DNA of 64,000 nt from Octopus sinensis (GCF_006345805.1 NC_042997.1:197966001-198030000), one strand, 5' to 3'. Shown: positions 11,362 through 25,134, counted from the first letter of the stretch. Notes: a model not told the origin generated them from the letters alone. Numbers and translations are program-made.

Positions 11362-11752
11362 ATGGATGGAAGCACACGTCGGTTATGACGACGAGGGTTC
11401 CGGCTGATCCGAATCAACGGAACAGCCTGCTCGTGAAATTAACGTGTAAGTGGCTGAGAACTCCACAGACACGTGTTCCCTTAACGTAGTTCTCGGGGAT
11501 ATTCAGCGTGACACAGAGAGTGACAAGGCCGGCCCTTTGAAATACAGGTACAACAGAAACAGGAAGTAAGAGTGAGAGAAAGTTGTGGTGAAAGAGTACA
11601 GCAGGGCTCACCATCATCTCCTGCCGGAGCCTCGTGGAGCTTTTTAGGTGTTTTCGCTCAATAAACACTCACAACGCCCGGTCTGGGAATCGAAACCGCG
11701 ATCCTATGACCGCGAGTCCGCTGCCCTAACCACTGGGCCATTGCGCCTCCAC
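11362..11752 (-). mobile_element. SINE family C (tRNA-like head GTGGAGGCGCAATGGCCCAGTGG; CCAT-type tail), full length
   Basis: Matches 60147-60533 end to end. Confidence 0.9.
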
Positions 11753-12185
11753 AGTGACGGTGGTGCCGTGCTTATGACATTTGCTGCCACTCCTGTATCG
11801 GTGCAAAAGATGCAGTTGATGTCCAGTTTGACAGTTTATGGCGCAATGCTTGCAGTTATTGCATAAATGGGAGGGAAATTTCGAGAGGATTTCAATCTTG
11901 GGGAAAGAAGACTGGACAAAGTGCTTCGGGCGGAGACTGAAAAGTGAAATATAATTTGAGTAACAAGTGATTCGGTTGTGTCTAAGTGAAGATATGAAAC
12001 TTGCTATTCTGGAAGAGCAGAAGTCACTGTCATTGAGGAATTAATTAAAGGAATTAATAGTGAATTTCTGTTTGATATTACAAAGTATTAGTGTGTAAAT
12101 TCACGACAATCAATCGAATAACCCCATTCTTTTAGCTTCAGTCTTGTATATAAGTAATTACCGCTTCGAGTTTTAGAAATCATTA

Positions 12186-12558
12186 GGGCCGGTTATCCAG
12201 TTTTCATAGCCCATAAGAGACCAAGATCACAACGCTTCCCCCTAAATGGAAGGACACATCACGTGATTGACCCGGCTATTGGGTGTTATTATACATCGCT
12301 GGTTACAATGCGCCTTGCATCGGTTTTTAGCTTTCGAATGATACCACCCCACTTGACTAGAGGAGCAGGCCAGCATTACCCCACGATCAGAAGGCGAGTC
12401 CCTCACAGGGTGTACCTATTTACAGCTGAGTGGACAGGAGTAATTTGAAATGAAGTGTTTTGCTCAAGAACACAACATGTCACCCTGTCTGGGAATTGAA
12501 ACCACGATCTCAGGATCGTGTGTGCGATACGCCTAACCACTATGCCACGTGCCTTCAA
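12186..12558 (-). mobile_element. SINE family D (CORE-like CACTCAGCTGTAAATAGGTAC), diverged full-length copy
   Basis: Head homologous to 2867-2999; tail resembles the 60726-60760 tail. Confidence 0.75.
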
Positions 12559-13099
12559 TTACATATTATATACGATGCGATATTTAGAACTCTTTCGTGG
12601 CTTTTTCCTCCTGATTGAAGATTAACTGCTCAGTCTCATTTCTGACAGACACACTCCACTAATGCTCCATATTTATTTAGAGTATATGGCATGAGCGACC
12701 TCTATATTTAGATTTTAGCATGTATTAAGGGTAGAGATTGAGTAATTTTACTTCTTCGCGACCTCAGGTGACGATATAACGATATATCGCTGTATATCAT
12801 TTTTGAAGATTATTTTCTTTCCACCGTTAATATATTTCTTTTACTGTTTAGATATATTTGAAATCTATTGCTCTAAATCTTATTGTTCTATAGTTGAAAT
12901 GTATTGTTTTCATTCCTGATATCATTATTTGAGGGATAATGGTATCATGCAACATTTGATATTGCCTTTGCATTTGTCCTTATTTCATTTATATTTTGAA
13001 AGAAAATAAATCAATTGCTGTATTTCACATTGATCATTTATGTTCTTCTTGCATAAAACGTCTGCAGACAAATTCTCAGTGACCAATACTTTCGTTTTA

Positions 13100-15270
13100 T
13101 GCCTCGCCACAAAATATTTCTACTATTACACCGCTGACGAATATTTTATCAGTATCCTCTATGATACAGTATGATCTATATCTGAAAACATGGATATTAT
13201 ATAATTTAAATTCTTGTTTCTTTGTGGCGATCACTATTTATAATAGATAAATTTAATGATATCTTTCGGCTATGTTGCCTTCTTTCTTAGTACTTCTCCC
13301 TTCTGTGTGCTCATCTTCAGATACCTAATTATGGACATATCTATGCATGCTGTATACTTTCATGTTTCATTTGCCTTTAATATATCTTCCAACTTATATC
13401 TTAAACTTTATTTTATATTTCATCTGACACCGAATTGCTCATCGTACCACTTGTCTGTAACTTTGAATCCACAAATGAAGTTAACTTTCCAATGCACTCT
13501 TTTACCGATACAGTCGAGCCTGCATCAATACTCTTTATGTGTTAGATTGCTGCACTCATTTAGGAGATGATTAATACTTTCGTCTCCTTTTCCATAGGTT
13601 CTGTGTTTGCTCTCCGTTTAAGTTTCATTAAACGTTCTCTTTATAAAATGTTTTTAATAGTTTGTTCCTGAGCTGATATAATCAGCGGTTCAGTTTCTCG
13701 TTTCAGGTTTCCGTCCGTCAACTACAACCAATATTCTTTACTTCCAACATCCTTGGTTTCTTTCAAGAATTATCCGTGTAATTTCTGTCTCTTTCCAGGT
13801 ATTTGTCCCGTCGTACTCCTTTCCATTCTTGAATTCTCGCACTGTTACGGTGACTTCTTTGATATTTCTAACCGCAAATAATATATCTCCCTACGCACAG
13901 CATAGTTTTCCAAATCTAAAATCACAGTTCTTATAGAGTTTCCTGCATTTAACAAACCGCTATCTCCTTCCTGATTTTTTAAATGGAAACCGTCGATATC
14001 ACTTTTAGGGTGTTGTGAGTTATGTATTATTAGTAGTAGTGTCCTAGATCTTTTATCCAATTCCTTTAACTCTGTTTTTGTTCACTTTAGTAAGGAAACA
14101 AAGTATCTCAACACCAGAAGGACCCATGTACTGCTAACTTCGATGACATAATCTTCATTTAGTTGTATTTCGAGTACTGTACCTCCCCAAAGCTTCCATT
14201 CTACTCTTTGGAGCATTTCTCCTTCCTTCCATTAACTTATCATCCATAAGGCGGTGAGCTGGCAGAATCGTTAGCACGCCGGGCGAAATTCTTAGCGGTA
14301 TTTCGTCTGTCTTTACGTTCTGGGGTCGATATAATCGACTTAATCCGTTTGTCTGCCCTTGTTTGTCCTATCTGTGTTTAGCCCCCTGTGGGTAGTAAAG
14401 AAATAGGTATTTCGTCCGTCGTTACATTCTGAATTCAAATTCCGCCGAGGTCGACTTTGCTTTTCATCCTTTCGGTGTCGATAAAACAAGTACCAGTTGT
14501 GTACTGGGGTCGATCTACTCGACTGTCCCACCTCCCCCCAAATTTCGGGCCTTGTGCCTAAAGTAGAAAACATTAACTTATAACCTTGCTGCTCACCAAG
14601 CAACTTATATTCTTCCTCATCAGCAATTTAATGTTAACACATTATAATATCTTTATGTTATCAGATTTAATATTTCTATCTCTCTTCATAATTTAAACGG
14701 CGAACCTATTTAATCTTACACTGCAACATCAATATCCTTACCAAATATTCTTACTTCTTCGATAAGAGAATCCATATTGGTGCATTGTCTGAGAACATCT
14801 CTGTATTGCAGAAGATTGATTTTCTAGCTAGTTCAGAGGCAAGTCTTATTGTATCAGTAAGCTTGTCGGAAGAGTTAACGGAATTGCGAAAATCTATGGT
14901 GAAGCATCCTCGCCGTCTTTTCAAAAATCCAACAATTTTCTTCTGTATTTTAGTCCTATTTCCAGATATTCCATTGCGTAAGAAAATACCCGTCAATTTT
15001 CTCACCACCAGTGTCCTTAAGCCCCCCAAATCGAACAGTTTTAGTATATCATGGCACGCGTTCTTGTAATCTACCCCACAACCAGCTAATTTCTTTCTTA
15101 TTCGTACATCACTTCATATCCTACTGTCGACACAATAGATTGGAAGTTCTTCTGCACCCCTTTTGGCCCATCCGTTAATAGTTTCTCCTATTCAATAAAA
15201 TTATGCAACTCATCTGTTATGGAGCAGGTTGGCAATTTCCAAACCAATGGCAAGCAATAATAAGCCTATA
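13100..15270 (-). mobile_element. Highly decayed R4/Dong-clade LINE (RT, CCHC, RLE remnants) interrupted by a SINE
   Basis: Frameshifted motifs IDYKNACHD, DSLIEEVRIFGKDI, HPKSDID, ETEPLIISAQEQ, ESINHLLNECS..RVHW. Confidence 0.7.
14248..14570 (+). mobile_element. SINE family B (AAGGCGGCGAGCTGGCAGAA head; GGTCGACTTTGCCTTTCATCC Meta-like core, duplicated)
   Basis: Multi-copy in the window; partial TSD cattaacttat. Confidence 0.9.
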
Positions 15271-15354
15271 ACTACTAACTTCCACTCACTTTTCTTTGTT
15301 CATTTGTATTAACACTTTCTCCTTTTCCTTTATTATTATTATCATTATTATTAT

Positions 15355-15908
15355 TGAGTGAGAGAACAGTTAATGCCATCAAAGTGACACTGGAGTAAAA
15401 TATACGAAGCCCACTATACCCATCATGACTACCCATCTGATAAGGGTACACTAGGTACATGCATCACAACCATATGTACGCGACAGAATGATCTCATATC
15501 AAGATAAACAGCGCATGACCTTGCTGGTGGGGCCCCGTTAGAATTTTCTTCAGGTTGAGTAGCCCATATCGCACAAAAGCTCCCCGAATAAGGATTGGTT
15601 AAGGATGTTGAACAAAATACCCATGTTTCCGAAGGTGAATTATCCAAACCCCAAAGAATTCCTCTCAACACATGGCTATGATGCTCTCCCACGACTTCTG
15701 CTCGTGATCAGAGATGCACATTTCATCATCCACTAAGGGATATGTTCCACTAGTTATGGTCAAGCAACTGACAAGCAAATCTGTGGTATTGAGCAGAATA
15801 TTTGCTGTAGCCCATCTTTTATACCAAGACAAAACAATGTACATGATAACACTTCCAATCAGTTAAGATGGGAAGCCATGAGAGTCACTGTCTGATACTA
15901 CATCAGGG

Positions 15909-15913
<5 letters not shown>
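15355..15913 (-). mobile_element. About 560-bp non-coding (TAA)n-inserted retroelement, full-length copy
   Basis: Homologous to 24011-24432 and 25929-26447; flanked by (ATT)n on both sides. Confidence 0.8.
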
Positions 15914-15972
<59 letters not shown>

Positions 15973-15973
<1 letters not shown>

Positions 15974-17520
15974 TCATGTTTGACTTTTGAAATTACATAG
16001 AAAGTATTTTGCGTAGGATATGGGAAGTTCCCATAGGCACTATCTTTTGAATTTCCGCCATTTTAGGGTTTCCTGGTATCTGAGCTAGGTAGCTATCAGC
16101 CCATTTTGCTATCATTCCCAGGGCACCTATGACAATAGGTATTGTTTTAGTCTTCAGGTTCCACATTTTGCTAATTTCTATTTCAAGATCTTTATACTTG
16201 CCTAGTTTTTGGTAGGTCTTGACAGATACATTTATATCGATTGGGACAGTCATATCAATGAGGAGGCATGATTTTTGTCTGAAGTCTTTCAATATAATGT
16301 CTGGCCTATTTGCATCTATCTTTCTGTCAGTTTGAATGATGAAGTTCCAGAGGAGTGAGATGTAATCATTTTCAAGCACTGGAGGTGGTTTGTGTTCCCA
16401 CCAGTTTTTATCATGCGGCAGGTCCAGGTTTTTGCACATTATCCAGTGAATATATTGTGCAGCTCTATCATGCTTGTTGAGATACTCTGTCGGCGCAAGA
16501 AGACTGCACATAGAGACAACATGATCAATGGTTTCATTTGTTGTTTACATACATGACATGTTGGGTTACTGCCGTTCTTTAATATGTTGGTCTGGTAGCT
16601 CCTTGTAGGTAGGCATTGATCTTGGGCTGCTATGATAAACACTTCTGTTTCTGATTTTATGCCAGAAGACACTAACCATTGATGGGTAAGGGCTTTGTCA
16701 ACATCGGCATTATTAGCTCTATTTGGGTATTTGCCATTGAGTGGTTTTTCTTGTCATTTATCAGTAAGAGTGTCTAAAGCAGCAGTTTTAGTAGGTTTTT
16801 TATGCGCTTAGCTTTCTCTGCGCTTGTTTCCAGTGCGTCTAATTCTGGATTTGTTGTATTTGGAATTTACATATATATTCCTTTACCTGTTTTGTTACTG
16901 AGTATGATGCTGTCTTGTTTTCATGTTTTGAGACAAGTTTTAATATCCAGTCCTCAGAGTTTTTCTGGTAGGTGTTTAAGTCCAATTATGGCAATCTTCA
17001 TTGGTAATTCCAGTTGTAAACTCCAGGGTCATCCTCTATTCTTGACAGGTAAAGTCGTTCTGTATCCGCCTCAGGATGGTGCATTCTATGCATTGTCAAC
17101 AGTTTACGTATTTTTCTATCAAGATCGCATATTTCAGTAATTGACCAATTAACGATATTGAAACTGTAAATCACAACTGGTATGGATAAAGTATTGATCG
17201 CTTCGATCCTATTTTTTGCATTCAACTCTGTCTTGAGTATTGCCCTTACCCTGCGATAACATTCTGCCCCCGTCCTTTTCCTCATCACTGATTTGCTGAT
17301 TCCATCACCTTCAAATACCTCTAGGTATCTGTAGCTCTCTGATGGTTCTAACTACTTTATGACATTCTGCTGGTCAAGATTAACGTTGGATGTTTTTGTC
17401 ATTTTCCTTTTGATAACGGTAGCTTTTGCACTTTTACCGAGGCCAAATTGCATCCTGATGTCATCACTGACTTGTTTACCATTTGCTAGTAAGCCTTGTA
17501 GTTGTTGGCCATACTTTGCT
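15973..17520 (-). mobile_element. 5'-truncated R4/Dong-clade LINE (RT end, CCHC finger, restriction-like endonuclease)
   Basis: ORFs 16998-17288 (DRKIRKLLTMHRMHHP), 16439-16672 (ETEVFIIAAQDQ..CHVC), 15993-16511 (NRPDII..LIDMTVP..KYKDL..VIGALG); (AAT)n tail. Confidence 0.9.
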
Positions 17521-17589
17521 AATTATTATTATTGTTATTATTATTATTATTTTAATTTTTTATTATTATTATACACACACAACGGATGA

Positions 17590-19095
17590 GACTGTTGGTA
17601 AAGGGGGTTACTCCAGAGCAGTGGAAAACTGCCAGTGTTATCCCTCTGTTCAAAAAAGGTGACCGTACATCGCCTATCAACTATCGCCCCGTAAGTCTTA
17701 CTAGCTGCATCGCCAAACTGATGGAATCCTCTGAAACTTCTGCAAGTATCACAGCCTCATCCAGCCGTCACAATTTGGATTTATTCCTAACTCCAGCTGC
17801 TGTAATCAACTCATTGAGTTTCTTGAGGACATTACCCGAATCACTGATGGTGGCTCCTGGGCGGATGTTGTTTACCTGGACTTTGCTAAGGCTTTTAATT
17901 CTGTGCCACACAAAAGACTTATGATGAAACTCTCTGCAATGGGTGTAAGAGATGATCTCTATATCTGTTGAAGTCCTTCATTATCGGCCGAAAAGTTGTC
18001 ACAGCTCTAGGACAGCACTCTTCACTCTATGAGATGACATCTGGTGTACCACAGGGATCTGTTCTTGTCCTCCTTTTATTTGTTGCATATGTTAACGACA
18101 TAGAGATGCCAACTTAAAGAATGCCACAGTGCTGAAATATGCAGATGACATCAAGCTGTACCTCGAAATAAAGAGGACAGATCCTGTACACTATAGATCT
18201 TTATTGCAAAAAGACCTGGACACAATGCAGCAGTGGATCATGGATTGGCAACTCAAGCTGGCTGTAGACAAATGTGCCACCATTCATTTTGGGAGGAAAA
18301 ACCCAGCGTCTACTTACTCCCTCCACAACACTAATCTCAAAAATCTTCTTGTGAACGTGATCTGAGCGTTATTGTCGACAGCGATTTGCGTTGGACAAAA
18401 CACATTGCTAAAATTGCCAAGAAGGCTGAGGGTGTCTTGGCATAACTTACCAAGTCCTTTGTGAGCCGCTCTCCGGCTATCTATCTGAGGCTTTATATAG
18501 CTATGGTGCGGCCTCACCTGGAATTTGTATCACCGGTCTGGAACCCCTATCTTGCCCAGGATATTAATCGCCTGGAAGCCGTTCAGCGACGTGCAACCAA
18601 GAGAATACCCTCCATCAGGCATTTGCCATATTCTGAACGCCTTACTTCCCTGGGCATGGATACATTGAAACTCCGATGTCTAGCAGCTGACTTTGCAGAC
18701 ACCCATAAAATTATTAACCATCTTACAAACAATAACTCTAAGCACCTTCTCAAACTCCACCTAACACCCGTGGACATGTTTACAAAGTCAGAAAACAACA
18801 CAGCCCCCATGACTTTCGGAAACATTTTTTCACGCTAAGAGTTGCTGAAGCATGGAACAAACTGCTGGCATCAGTTGTTAGTTGTTGGAGCACTGCATCC
18901 TTCAAAACCTCCATGCTTCCTGAGATTCACCAACACTACACCTGATTTTCTCCCCTCCATACACACGCAAGCATGTATCTGACTCATACACTGTTCACTT
19001 CCCAGGCATTGTACATTACTGCATATGCTTTATACGCCCGTTTGACAAGTCGTGGTGCACCTGAGCACTGTATACAATAATTTCATTATTATTAT
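17590..19095 (+). mobile_element. 5'-truncated CR1-clade LINE, frameshifted RT
   Basis: WKTASVIPLFKKGD..NYRPVSLTS, GVPQGSVL, YADDIKLY, VRPHLEF..VWNP..LEAVQRRATK; short (ATT)n tail. Confidence 0.9.
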
Positions 19096-19284
19096 ATAAA
19101 AATTCCTAACACCGGGTTGCAAGAAGTAACCTTAGATACCAAGAACCCTCCTGAGTATCCTAATTGTCCCTAATAACACTGTTTTCTGGAGCTGTACTAA
19201 ACTGGGTTTTATGCCTATTTCTTCTATCCATCTACTCAAATATTTTTGGGATAGTTCCTAATGCACCTATAGCTACTGGGATAT

Positions 19285-19296
19285 TATTATTGTTAC

Positions 19297-19331
<35 letters not shown>

Positions 19332-19371
19332 TATTATTATTATTATTATTATTATTGTTATCATCATCATC

Positions 19372-19417
<46 letters not shown>

Positions 19418-19507
19418 GACGATACCTTCTTCGTACTGTCTATTTAGCTTTGTGAAGAGTTACGTTAATCCTTTAAAGTATTATTATGATTGTTATTATT
19501 ATTGTTA

Positions 19508-19565
<58 letters not shown>

Positions 19566-19570
19566 CATCA
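19285..19570. repeat. (ATT)n/(CAT)n microsatellites
   Basis: Direct inspection. Confidence 0.9.
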
Positions 19571-20754
19571 TCTTCCTAACTTTTATTAATTACGTTAATG
19601 GAGTAGATTGAATTTCTGTTCAATATCTATTATTCTAACGGTACACCAATTGAAATTTGAAATGTTCTCTGTTGCCAGCTTCAGAAGAAATATTTTCATG
19701 ATAGCAGCATTCAGTTTTTTTGAAACATCGAAATTCAGAAGCTCAGAAGTCCCAATATCTTCCAGAGAACATGGTTGTGCAATGGTGATTGGCGTCAAAC
19801 ATCTCCTGGAAACTACTAATAAGATGGATAAAATGTCCCTTCATGTTATCCCTTCTATCTTCAATATATACTACGAAGATCTAAAAGAAAGAATCTAAAT
19901 AAAATACAACTAATTTTCCGAAATAACATTTAAATAAAATCTACTATATTTTCATTGACTGCTGAGGGCGCGATCCGCTCACAGAAAGTTCCACAAGAAA
20001 ACAAGAATCGCATAAAGTTTTCGTTGTATGTACATATTTTGGCGCTAGTCCACTTGTTTGTCATCATGTGATTCGGATGATGAAACGGTATGTGATTATT
20101 GTAAGGATTAATAACGGAGTGCATAGCAAATAAAATAAGCAGGTTTGCACACCACACATTATTGACCGAACTCAATGGAGATCTAGACGCAGAAACTTAT
20201 GAAGACTGGTAAAAGAGTCTGTTGGATATGGTGGAGCTAACTATTCCAATAGTCAGACTAGCTACACTTCACAAAACTCTTCTAGTGTCACTCCGTTTGT
20301 TCAATGAGCCAGACGGTAGTTTCTGTGTACAATCCGCCCGAGGTGCCTCTTTCCTTGCTGAAGTAATTTTCAACCCTAAACCCCACGTTTTGAGATATTT
20401 AAGCTCCCTGCACACTGTTTAACAGATCTATGAAAGCCCAAAGTGTTGACTGCTGTTTTATGGAAACATTGAAATGTAGCCACAGATGAAATCTGGGTGC
20501 TAGATGATGCACCAAGGTGGATGATGGCATAGCAACGTTTATTCTTGACAAACTACACAAACCGTACAATACATACACAAAAGGATATCGTTTTTTATTT
20601 CCATATCTCTTGTTGAGAGTATGTGATAAATTTGTATCGTGAACTTTACAATGGAAAAATTAATTAAAATGTTCCCAAATAAAATATCATGTTACTATTT
20701 TATGTCTTGCTTGTTTCTCGCCTTTTTTTATGTGTTATATATGAAAAATTAATG

Positions 20755-21150
20755 ATGCGCAGCATGATGGTTAGAGTATTTGACTCATAACCATAAGGTT
20801 ATTTACTGTAGGTTCAATTCCTGAATCGGGCGTTGCGTTGCGTCCTTAAACAAAGAGAATTTTATTAAGGCGGCGAGCTGGCAGAAACGTTAGCACGCCG
20901 GGCGAAATGCTTTGTGGTATTTTCGTCCGCCGTTGCTTTCTGAGTTTAAATTCCGCCGAGGTCGACTTTGCGTTTCATCTTTTCGGGGTCGATAAATTAA
21001 GTACCAGTTACGCACTGGGGTCGATGTAATCGACTTAATCCGTTTGTCTGTCCTTGCTTGTCCCCTCTATGTTTAGCCCCTTGTGGGCAATAAAGAAATA
21101 CAAAGAGAACTTTATTTCTTGTTGCTCCGGTTTACTCAGCTGTAAGAAGT
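20755..21150 (+). mobile_element. Old SINE D split by a SINE B (20867-21100) with a 16-bp TSD
   Basis: caaagagaa(t/c)tttatt at 20851-20866 and 21101-21116; CORE-like motif resumes after 21116. Confidence 0.8.
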
Positions 21151-21359
21151 TCCAACCGATAACAAGAGCAGCCTTCCCCTTTCTCTCTCGCTGTCCCATT
21201 GTGGATATTCTGCTAGGCCCAAAACTACTTGAAGCAAGAGGATGTTTACACCTGTTCATGTATGTACAGATGACTATAACAACTACCGGACGTAGGTACG
21301 CATTCTCGAATCATACTCGTTTACTGGTGACTACTGGCTGGATGCATTAGATCTCTTTC

Positions 21360-21724
21360 TTTGGTTTTACTTCTTCCCGTCTTTAGACTGCGGCCATGCT
21401 GGGGGATTGTGCTGAAGAGGCATTAATCAAAGGAAGCGACTCCAGTATATATTTTTAACCCGGTGCATATTCTATTGGTCTATTTTGCCGAACTGCTAAG
21501 TTACGGAAACATAAACAAACCATCACCGGTAAGAAGCGGTGGTGGGGACAGACACACAGACACAGACACACACACACACACACAAGCACACATATATATA
21601 AGGCTTTGGTCTACCCCGAGGGTATAAGATAAGACACTTATTGAAGGTGCCATGCAGTGGGACTGAACCCAGAACCATGTAGTTGGGAAGCAAGCTACTT
21701 ACCACACAGCCACTCCTGCGCCTA
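21360..21724 (-). mobile_element. SINE family A, diverged, internally deleted
   Basis: Head and tail homology to other A copies. Confidence 0.8.
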
Positions 21725-22303
21725 CAGAAATATTTTCTTAAAGTTTTTGCCTCTGTATAACAACGTAACAGAGGGAACAGAACTGACTTTTAAACCTGCT
21801 AGAAATATCAGTCACATCACCTCGAATCACCGTTTTAAAAAAGGGATCTCATCAGTTGATGCATCTCAATACGCCCGACATCTTAAGGACAGATAGGATG
21901 AACACTTTCGGAACATCTATCATCTTCGATCTAATCAATCACAATTGAACTAGACTTAGACAACCACAACAAGAAGAACAAGAGCAACGATAACTAATAG
22001 GAGTTCCTAAACTTTTTTTTGTCAAAAAAAACCTACAAAAGAAAACAAAAAATGTAGCAACAAAGTATCCCCTTAAAGACGCCAGAGAAAGGTATATTTA
22101 TTGAGATTGATGTCTTATTAGTCTCCTTACAGTTCTATAGAACTCTCTTTCTCTTACGTTACATCTGCCTCTCTCTCTCATTGTCTCACTTTCTTTCTCT
22201 TTTATCTCCTCCTTTCCTCCTCTCTCACTCTCCGCCTCCCTTCTTTGGCTGTGTGGGAATTCGATAAATCTTTGTCGAAACCTGACACTTTACTAAGAGG
22301 GAC

Positions 22304-22310
22304 TGTTGTT

Positions 22311-22342
<32 letters not shown>

Positions 22343-22513
22343 CGTCGTCGTCGTCGTCGTCGTCGTCGTTGTTGTTGTTGTTGTTGTCGTCGTCGTCGTC
22401 GTTGTTGTTGTTGTTGTTGTTGTTGTTGTTGCTGCTTCTGTTGTTGTTGTTGTTGTTGTTGTTGTTCTTCTTCTTCTTCTTCTTCTTCTTTTTCTTCTCC
22501 TCCTCCTCCTCTT

Positions 22514-22544
<31 letters not shown>

Positions 22545-22560
22545 TCATCATCACCATCAT
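22304..22560. repeat. Trinucleotide mosaic (GTT/GTC/CTT/CCT/CAT)n
   Basis: Direct inspection. Confidence 0.95.
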
Positions 22561-22659
22561 TACTTACGCGATAAGATGGCAGAATTGTTAGAACACGAAG
22601 GTATTTCGCCTGTCTTTACGTTATGAGGTCAAATTTCGTCGAGGTATTTAGTAGTTTTT

Positions 22660-23720
22660 CTATGCTGCTCTGTAAAAAACTTTACTAGACTTCTTTCCAT
22701 CTGTACACATTCTTCTACTGCAATTAAGCCTCTTCCACCCTGAACCCTCCTCAAGTAGAGCCGGTTGATATCAGCTTTCGGATAGTGAGCTCCATACATT
22801 GTCAACAACTTTCTAGTTTTATGTCAAGTTTCTTTATATCGTTTCTGGTCCAGTCTATAACTCCAACTCCATATTTGATTGAGGGTACTGCTCTTGAATT
22901 TATTGCTTTCACTTCTGATTTGACTGCAATAATTTTCGTACCCTTTTTGTGTACTTCCTACAGGTAATTTGTTTAATTTCTTCTTATTTTATCTTATCTG
23001 CTTCCAGTACACCTACGTCCTTTCTTAACCGCTCTCATTGTTTGCCTATTTGGTATTTCAACAGGCGGCGAGCTGGCAGAAACGTTAGCGCGCCGGGCGA
23101 AATGCGTAGCCGTATTTCGTCTGTCGTTACGTTCAGAGTTCAAATTCCACCGAGGTCGACTTTGCCTTTCATCTTTTCGGGGTTGTTAAATTGAGTACGA
23201 GTTGCGTCCTAGGGTCAATCAAATCGCCATGCCCCCTCTCACAAAATTTCGGGCTTTGTGCCTTGAGTAGAAAAAAAATATTTAACAAGGCGAGGTGGTG
23301 AGCTGGCAGAAACGTTAGCACGCCGGGCGAAATGCGTAGCCGTATTTCGTCTGTCGTTACGTTCAGAGTTCAAATTCCGCCGAGGTCGACTTTGCCTTTC
23401 ATCCTTTCGTGGTTGATAGATAAAGTACCAGTTTCCCACTGGGATCGATGTAATCGACTTAATCCCTTTGCCTGTCCTTGTTTGTCCCCTCTATGTTTAG
23501 CCCCTTGTGGGCAGTAAAGAAATATATTTGGTATTTCAATTCCAAATGGGCAACTACACCGTACACCTGTTCAGGCAACGTTGACTTGATGGAAGGAGTG
23601 AAATACGGCACATACATTTGATCATTATAAACAAACCCTTTGTGCAGGTCGTTCGGCTAAAAGCTGAACGCTCATACGTCGTCTTCGACGGGAGAGTCCA
23701 TTTGTTTTTTAACCTTTGTA
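22660..23720 (-). mobile_element. Decayed R4/Dong RT fragment split by a SINE B dimer
   Basis: YLGVLEADKIK and, after frameshifts, YPKADINRLYLRRVQGGRGL-like sequence; upstream KQMDSPV. Confidence 0.7.
23062..23524 (+). mobile_element. Tandem SINE B dimer inside one 15-bp TSD
   Basis: tatttggtatttcaa at 23047-23061 and 23525-23539. Confidence 0.9.
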
Positions 23721-24010
23721 TAATATATATATAAATCACTTCCTTTTCATTGTATACCGGGTATACTTACTTATCATTTCATCATATGTCAACCCCCACA
23801 ATTTATGTCTGTATCTGTATTGTCTCGTTCATCCTTCGCCCTGGTGGAAAAAAAATGAAATCATCATCATCATCATCATTTTTATTATTATTATAAATAT
23901 TATTATTTTTTTATGTTTGACTTAAACAACATGTTGGAAGTTCATGTTGGTGTTATGCCTAGGGTGCCATATATTTGGTTTTTACGTAGTGTTATTATTA
24001 TTATTATTAT

Positions 24011-24432
24011 TGAGTGAGAGAGCAGTTCATGCCATCAAAGTGACACTGGGGTAAAATATATGAAGCCCAATATACCCATCATGACTACCCGTCTGATAAG
24101 GGTACATCAGGCACATGCATCACAACCATATGTGCGCGACATGGTGATCTCATGTCAAGATAAACAGCACATGACCTTGCAGGTGGGACCCAGTTAGAAT
24201 TTTCTTCAGGTTGAGTAGCCCAGCCCGCTCAAAAGGTCCCTGAATAAGGGTTGTTTAAGGATGTTGAAAGAACCACCCATATTTCCAGAGGTGAATTATT
24301 CAAACCCCAAAGAATCCCTCTCAACACATGGCTATGATGCTCCCCCACTACTTCTGCTCGTGATCAGCCACTAAGGGACATGGTCAACTGGTTAAGGTCA
24401 AACAACTGACAAGCAAATCTGTGGTATTGAGC
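24011..24432 (-). mobile_element. (TAA)n-inserted non-coding element, 5'-truncated copy
   Basis: Homology to 15355-15913; ATT repeats on both sides. Confidence 0.85.
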
Positions 24433-24451
24433 ATTATTATTATTATTATTA

Positions 24452-24512
<61 letters not shown>

Positions 24513-25134
24513 TGTAGTAGTAGTAATAGTGGTACTATATAATTAAAATGAGTTAAATTGATTTTGTGTAATACAGTTCCTTATTGGTGTTTTCTCTACG
24601 GTTTTATGTGCTGCTTAACCCCAGGTCAGCCCTGATCGGACGGACATATGAATAAAAGAATTCCAGTCATGACTTATAAAATATCTCCATCAGAAACTTA
24701 TTAACACAATAGTGTCTAATAAAGTGATTTCATTGGAAATTGACTCAGAATATTGATAACGTCCAGTACTATGCACTAAATTTTATGATGCAGTTTATTT
24801 CTCCAAATATATATTAGGTTCAGTATTCTATCATCAAATAGCCATCCAGTATGGTTTTACGTGAAGTGAAATTATAATCGATAAATGTCATAAGAAATAT
24901 GGTAGGTTTTTCTCAAATTCTTGAATAACATTCGAAATCAATAATTGTGAACTAACGATGACAGTAAAACATAGAGGTGCGTCTTACATGTAAAATGAAA
25001 GCGGACAGCTATTTATAGCCGAGTACAGGACTTAACAAAAGGGTAGAAATAAACACAAGTATATTTTAAGAGTTGTAAACAAAATATCTCAGGAAAACAA
25101 TTGTATTTTACATATACATAAAAATGAAAGGATA

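Noticed and set aside
11690-11752. tRNA-like sequences (also at 2940-2999, 47985-48055, 60147-60220, 60960-61030)
   Set aside because: These are SINE heads: the acceptor stem is not closed and each continues into a repeat body.
13256-13330. Minus-strand CTGAAGA...GCC-GAAA-GATATC hammerhead-like match
   Set aside because: U16.1 is missing, helix II is poor, and it lies where the R4 endonuclease coding remnant is expected; probably chance.
21141-21296. Apparent exon with TTTACTCAG acceptor and AG/GTACGC donor
   Set aside because: The acceptor is part of the CORE-like domain of a split SINE D; the peptide is unrecognisable.
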